Source of the DNA: Rebecca billardiae RCC1528
Lineage: Eukaryota; Protista; Haptophyta
Assembly (NCBI GenBank): GCA_965240325.2
Contig: OZ251229.1
Location: 992,001-1,056,000 of the forward strand
Length of the DNA: 64,000 nucleotides
Direction of reading: 5' to 3'
This document shows positions 63,101 through 64,000 of this stretch, in pieces. Made by a program: the position numbers and the translations under genes. The notes below the pieces were generated by a model. It saw nothing but the letters and a program-made list of their open reading frames with translations, did not search any database and was not told where the DNA came from. The first letter of the stretch is position 1. Every line of letters begins with the position of its first letter.

Positions 63101-64000
63101 GTGGCTCGCCAACATCGCGTGGTGTGCGGTGAACAGCTCGGAGAGCGAGCGGAGCATTTGCAGCACGCAGCCGAAGACGCGGTCCTCGTGGACCATCGCG
63201 ACCACCTCCTTGAGCGAGCCCACGCTGAGCGCCCGCCGCTGCGATGGCGTCCCCGCCTCCGCCGCCGCCGCCGCTCCCGCCGCGCCGCCCGTCGCGCCGG
63301 CCGCCGCGCCGGCCGCGTCTGGAGCTGTCGGGCCGGTCCCGGCCGCGGCCGCGCCGCCGTTCGACTGCTGGGCGCCGGGCGCTGGCGCCGCGGCGGCTGC
63401 AGCGGCGGGCTGCGTCGCCGGCGCGGTGGCTCGTAGCTGGGCGCGCACGCACGAGCGCGCCGCCTCGAGCAGCGCGTCCCCCGCCGCAGCGCCGAACGTG
63501 TTCGCCGTCGCGGCCGCGAGCTCGTCCAGCGCCTCCAGCCGAGCCGCGCACTCGAGCATCGCCCGGTACGCGCGCGGCTCGTACGCGGCGCAGAGGCGGC
63601 GGCGGCAGTCGTCGACGAGGCCCTGCAGGCGCGCGCGCACGCTCTCGAGCTCGGCGATCACCGAGAGCTTGTGCAGCAGCGAGCCCTCGCCCGCCGACGC
63701 GGCGGCGACGCGGCACTTGCCGAAGAGCGCGCACGCCTCGGCGAGCGCGCCGACGGGCGGAGGCGCCTGCGTGGCCGCCTGCTCGCTCAGCTCGGCGTTG
63801 AGCAGGGCCTGCAGCCGGTTGGCGGCGTGCACCGCGTCCGTGATGCCCTCCAGCCGCGCCGCGAGCAGCCGCATCGCCGCGCGCCGACGCAGCAGCCCGA
63901 TCAGCCGGATGCCGCCGCGCGGCAACGCCTCGTCTGCCCTCCGCAGGTGGCGGCGCGCCGCCTTGCAGCGCAGTCCGGTCAGGATCAGGTCGTTGCCGAG
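60113..64000 (-). CDS. VPS50: VPS50 / syndetin (EARP complex), 5'-truncated by the window; exons >64000-61250, 61125-60877, 60763-60113
   Basis: L...LESELWQ, KWELKDIGTAESAYV, and the spliced LVEGYANAKRCSQEGRAQMSIDLQ...FVDGYIKAFY...W...HPEYS (Syndetin_C). Confidence 0.88.
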   Translation of the reverse strand, partial: LGNDLILTGLRCKAARRHLRRADEALPRGGIRLIGLLRRRAAMRLLAARLEGITDAVHAANRLQALLNAELSEQAATQAPPPVGALAEACALFGKCRVAAASAGEGSLLHKLSVIAELESVRARLQGLVDDCRRRLCAAYEPRAYRAMLECAARLEALDELAAATANTFGAAAGDALLEAARSCVRAQLRATAPATQPAAAAAAAPAPGAQQSNGGAAAAGTGPTAPDAAGAAAGATGGAAGAAAAAEAGTPSQRRALSVGSLKEVVAMVHEDRVFGCVLQMLRSLSELFTAHHAMLASHQRALGEAEGEAGGEAAAAAAECASASGSVDGPSSASATPSFRVAAAADGLARAPPRALPRSAHEALSKSLAISRGMVWMEAQRQLSVAIVGAPTATFSIEQMLTLLERVEHFMQLGAAFSGEQPTVLRASLRAKAASFYGAFHRERVDELRVRLESELWQRLPAQAASPLGALFDFGPRAGEPARAGGGSDGGAAGTGCVAAADSSHALAAAHGAGSASGSGLYPPSYAAVALMLEAELARVEADAAARELDDEEAAPPAAEAADARAADAAAPTQPSDARGPPAPATGLWARWERAHPAAHHPGSGSGAHEPPASRAPPALPEGVPPAVCATALNFGRMVHRYVHVMRVLQPAAPDAFAGLASLFELLLLAVFTAFWGGARVGTAGWDEGELGDALAPRLKGSLLRMQHVLIVDESGGGGANGGGGGGGSGGSGGGGAVGGGSSSAADTAAAMRAAARQIVTSLHPLSTPSERSRLGPAESVVAVEAMRCAAAVLHAARPRIESLLRASGVGSTSTHLAQVASFYAQVVDAVPHLEEAIERALVRRTLDLAPVVAAIGFTKWELKDIGTAESAYVAQLLEAVDRALTHLALLQLPPHTLHRLHGLLQQHICAQLVEVRAAAAPRAAQHRARCLPPGRPPAATSHAQRGARAARVARAGLCQREAVLPGGPCADVDRPADPAGRPRLARPALAARFRRRVHQGLLHAARGAASLVARAPGVLCSARGRAAARRRGRAAEEEGAAPLRARRHASRARPSSRAQRPAPRHTAPRPALVAAQARDELLLAITGVSPSAPTTAAGAADGAAAGVAGAAEGDASSAARHGRNASGGPRTLSSLSKWAKDEAAKLKSSTPSIASAARRAAACDVQGVAADSGGAEVMSPPAGSHAHATAAPSAQGARAAPTNSHAPSATTGSGGGGGGGSGSARAQSMPAAPAPTHAPAPPKSGGGVASPANSSTAPARPSQVSSTTSLSSPQPPPPASGSGAADASQSAS

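Overview
Eukaryotic nuclear DNA, very GC-rich in coding regions, with short GC-saturated spliceosomal introns. This style suggests a haptophyte alga such as Pavlovales/Diacronema, which is an inference. About 20 protein-coding genes can be supported, several only after splicing the six-frame ORFs by hand. They are a glycosyltransferase-like protein, a myristoylated multi-GAF protein, an Erv1/Alr-domain thiol oxidase, an EamA/DMT transporter, an SGNH hydrolase, a GRAM-RUN-PX protein, WDHD1/Ctf4, a GT23 fucosyltransferase, RPB5, PUS7, an SLC35E3/UXT-type transporter, NICN1, an arylsulfatase, DDX55/SPB4, an F-box/FIST protein, a PTR/POT transporter, a zf-PARP-like/F-box/LRR protein, a QNG1/DUF2419 queuosine-salvage protein, an alpha/beta esterase and the 3' part of VPS50/syndetin. 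Many genes sit as head-to-head pairs with very short spacers, while the longer intergenic regions hold decayed repeats. The clearest non-genic discovery is a 2.35-kb Mutator-like element (24808-27161). It has 27-bp TIRs, a perfect 9-bp TSD and CCACATTAAG subterminal arrays, lacks a recognisable transposase, and carries an intron-containing gene fragment (Pack-MULE-like). Also notable are a MITE nested in a dispersed repeat, introns with self-complementary GTGCGCG...CGCGCAG ends, and a micro-duplication mutation signature. Most long Arg/Ala/Pro-rich ORFs in the track are shadow frames.
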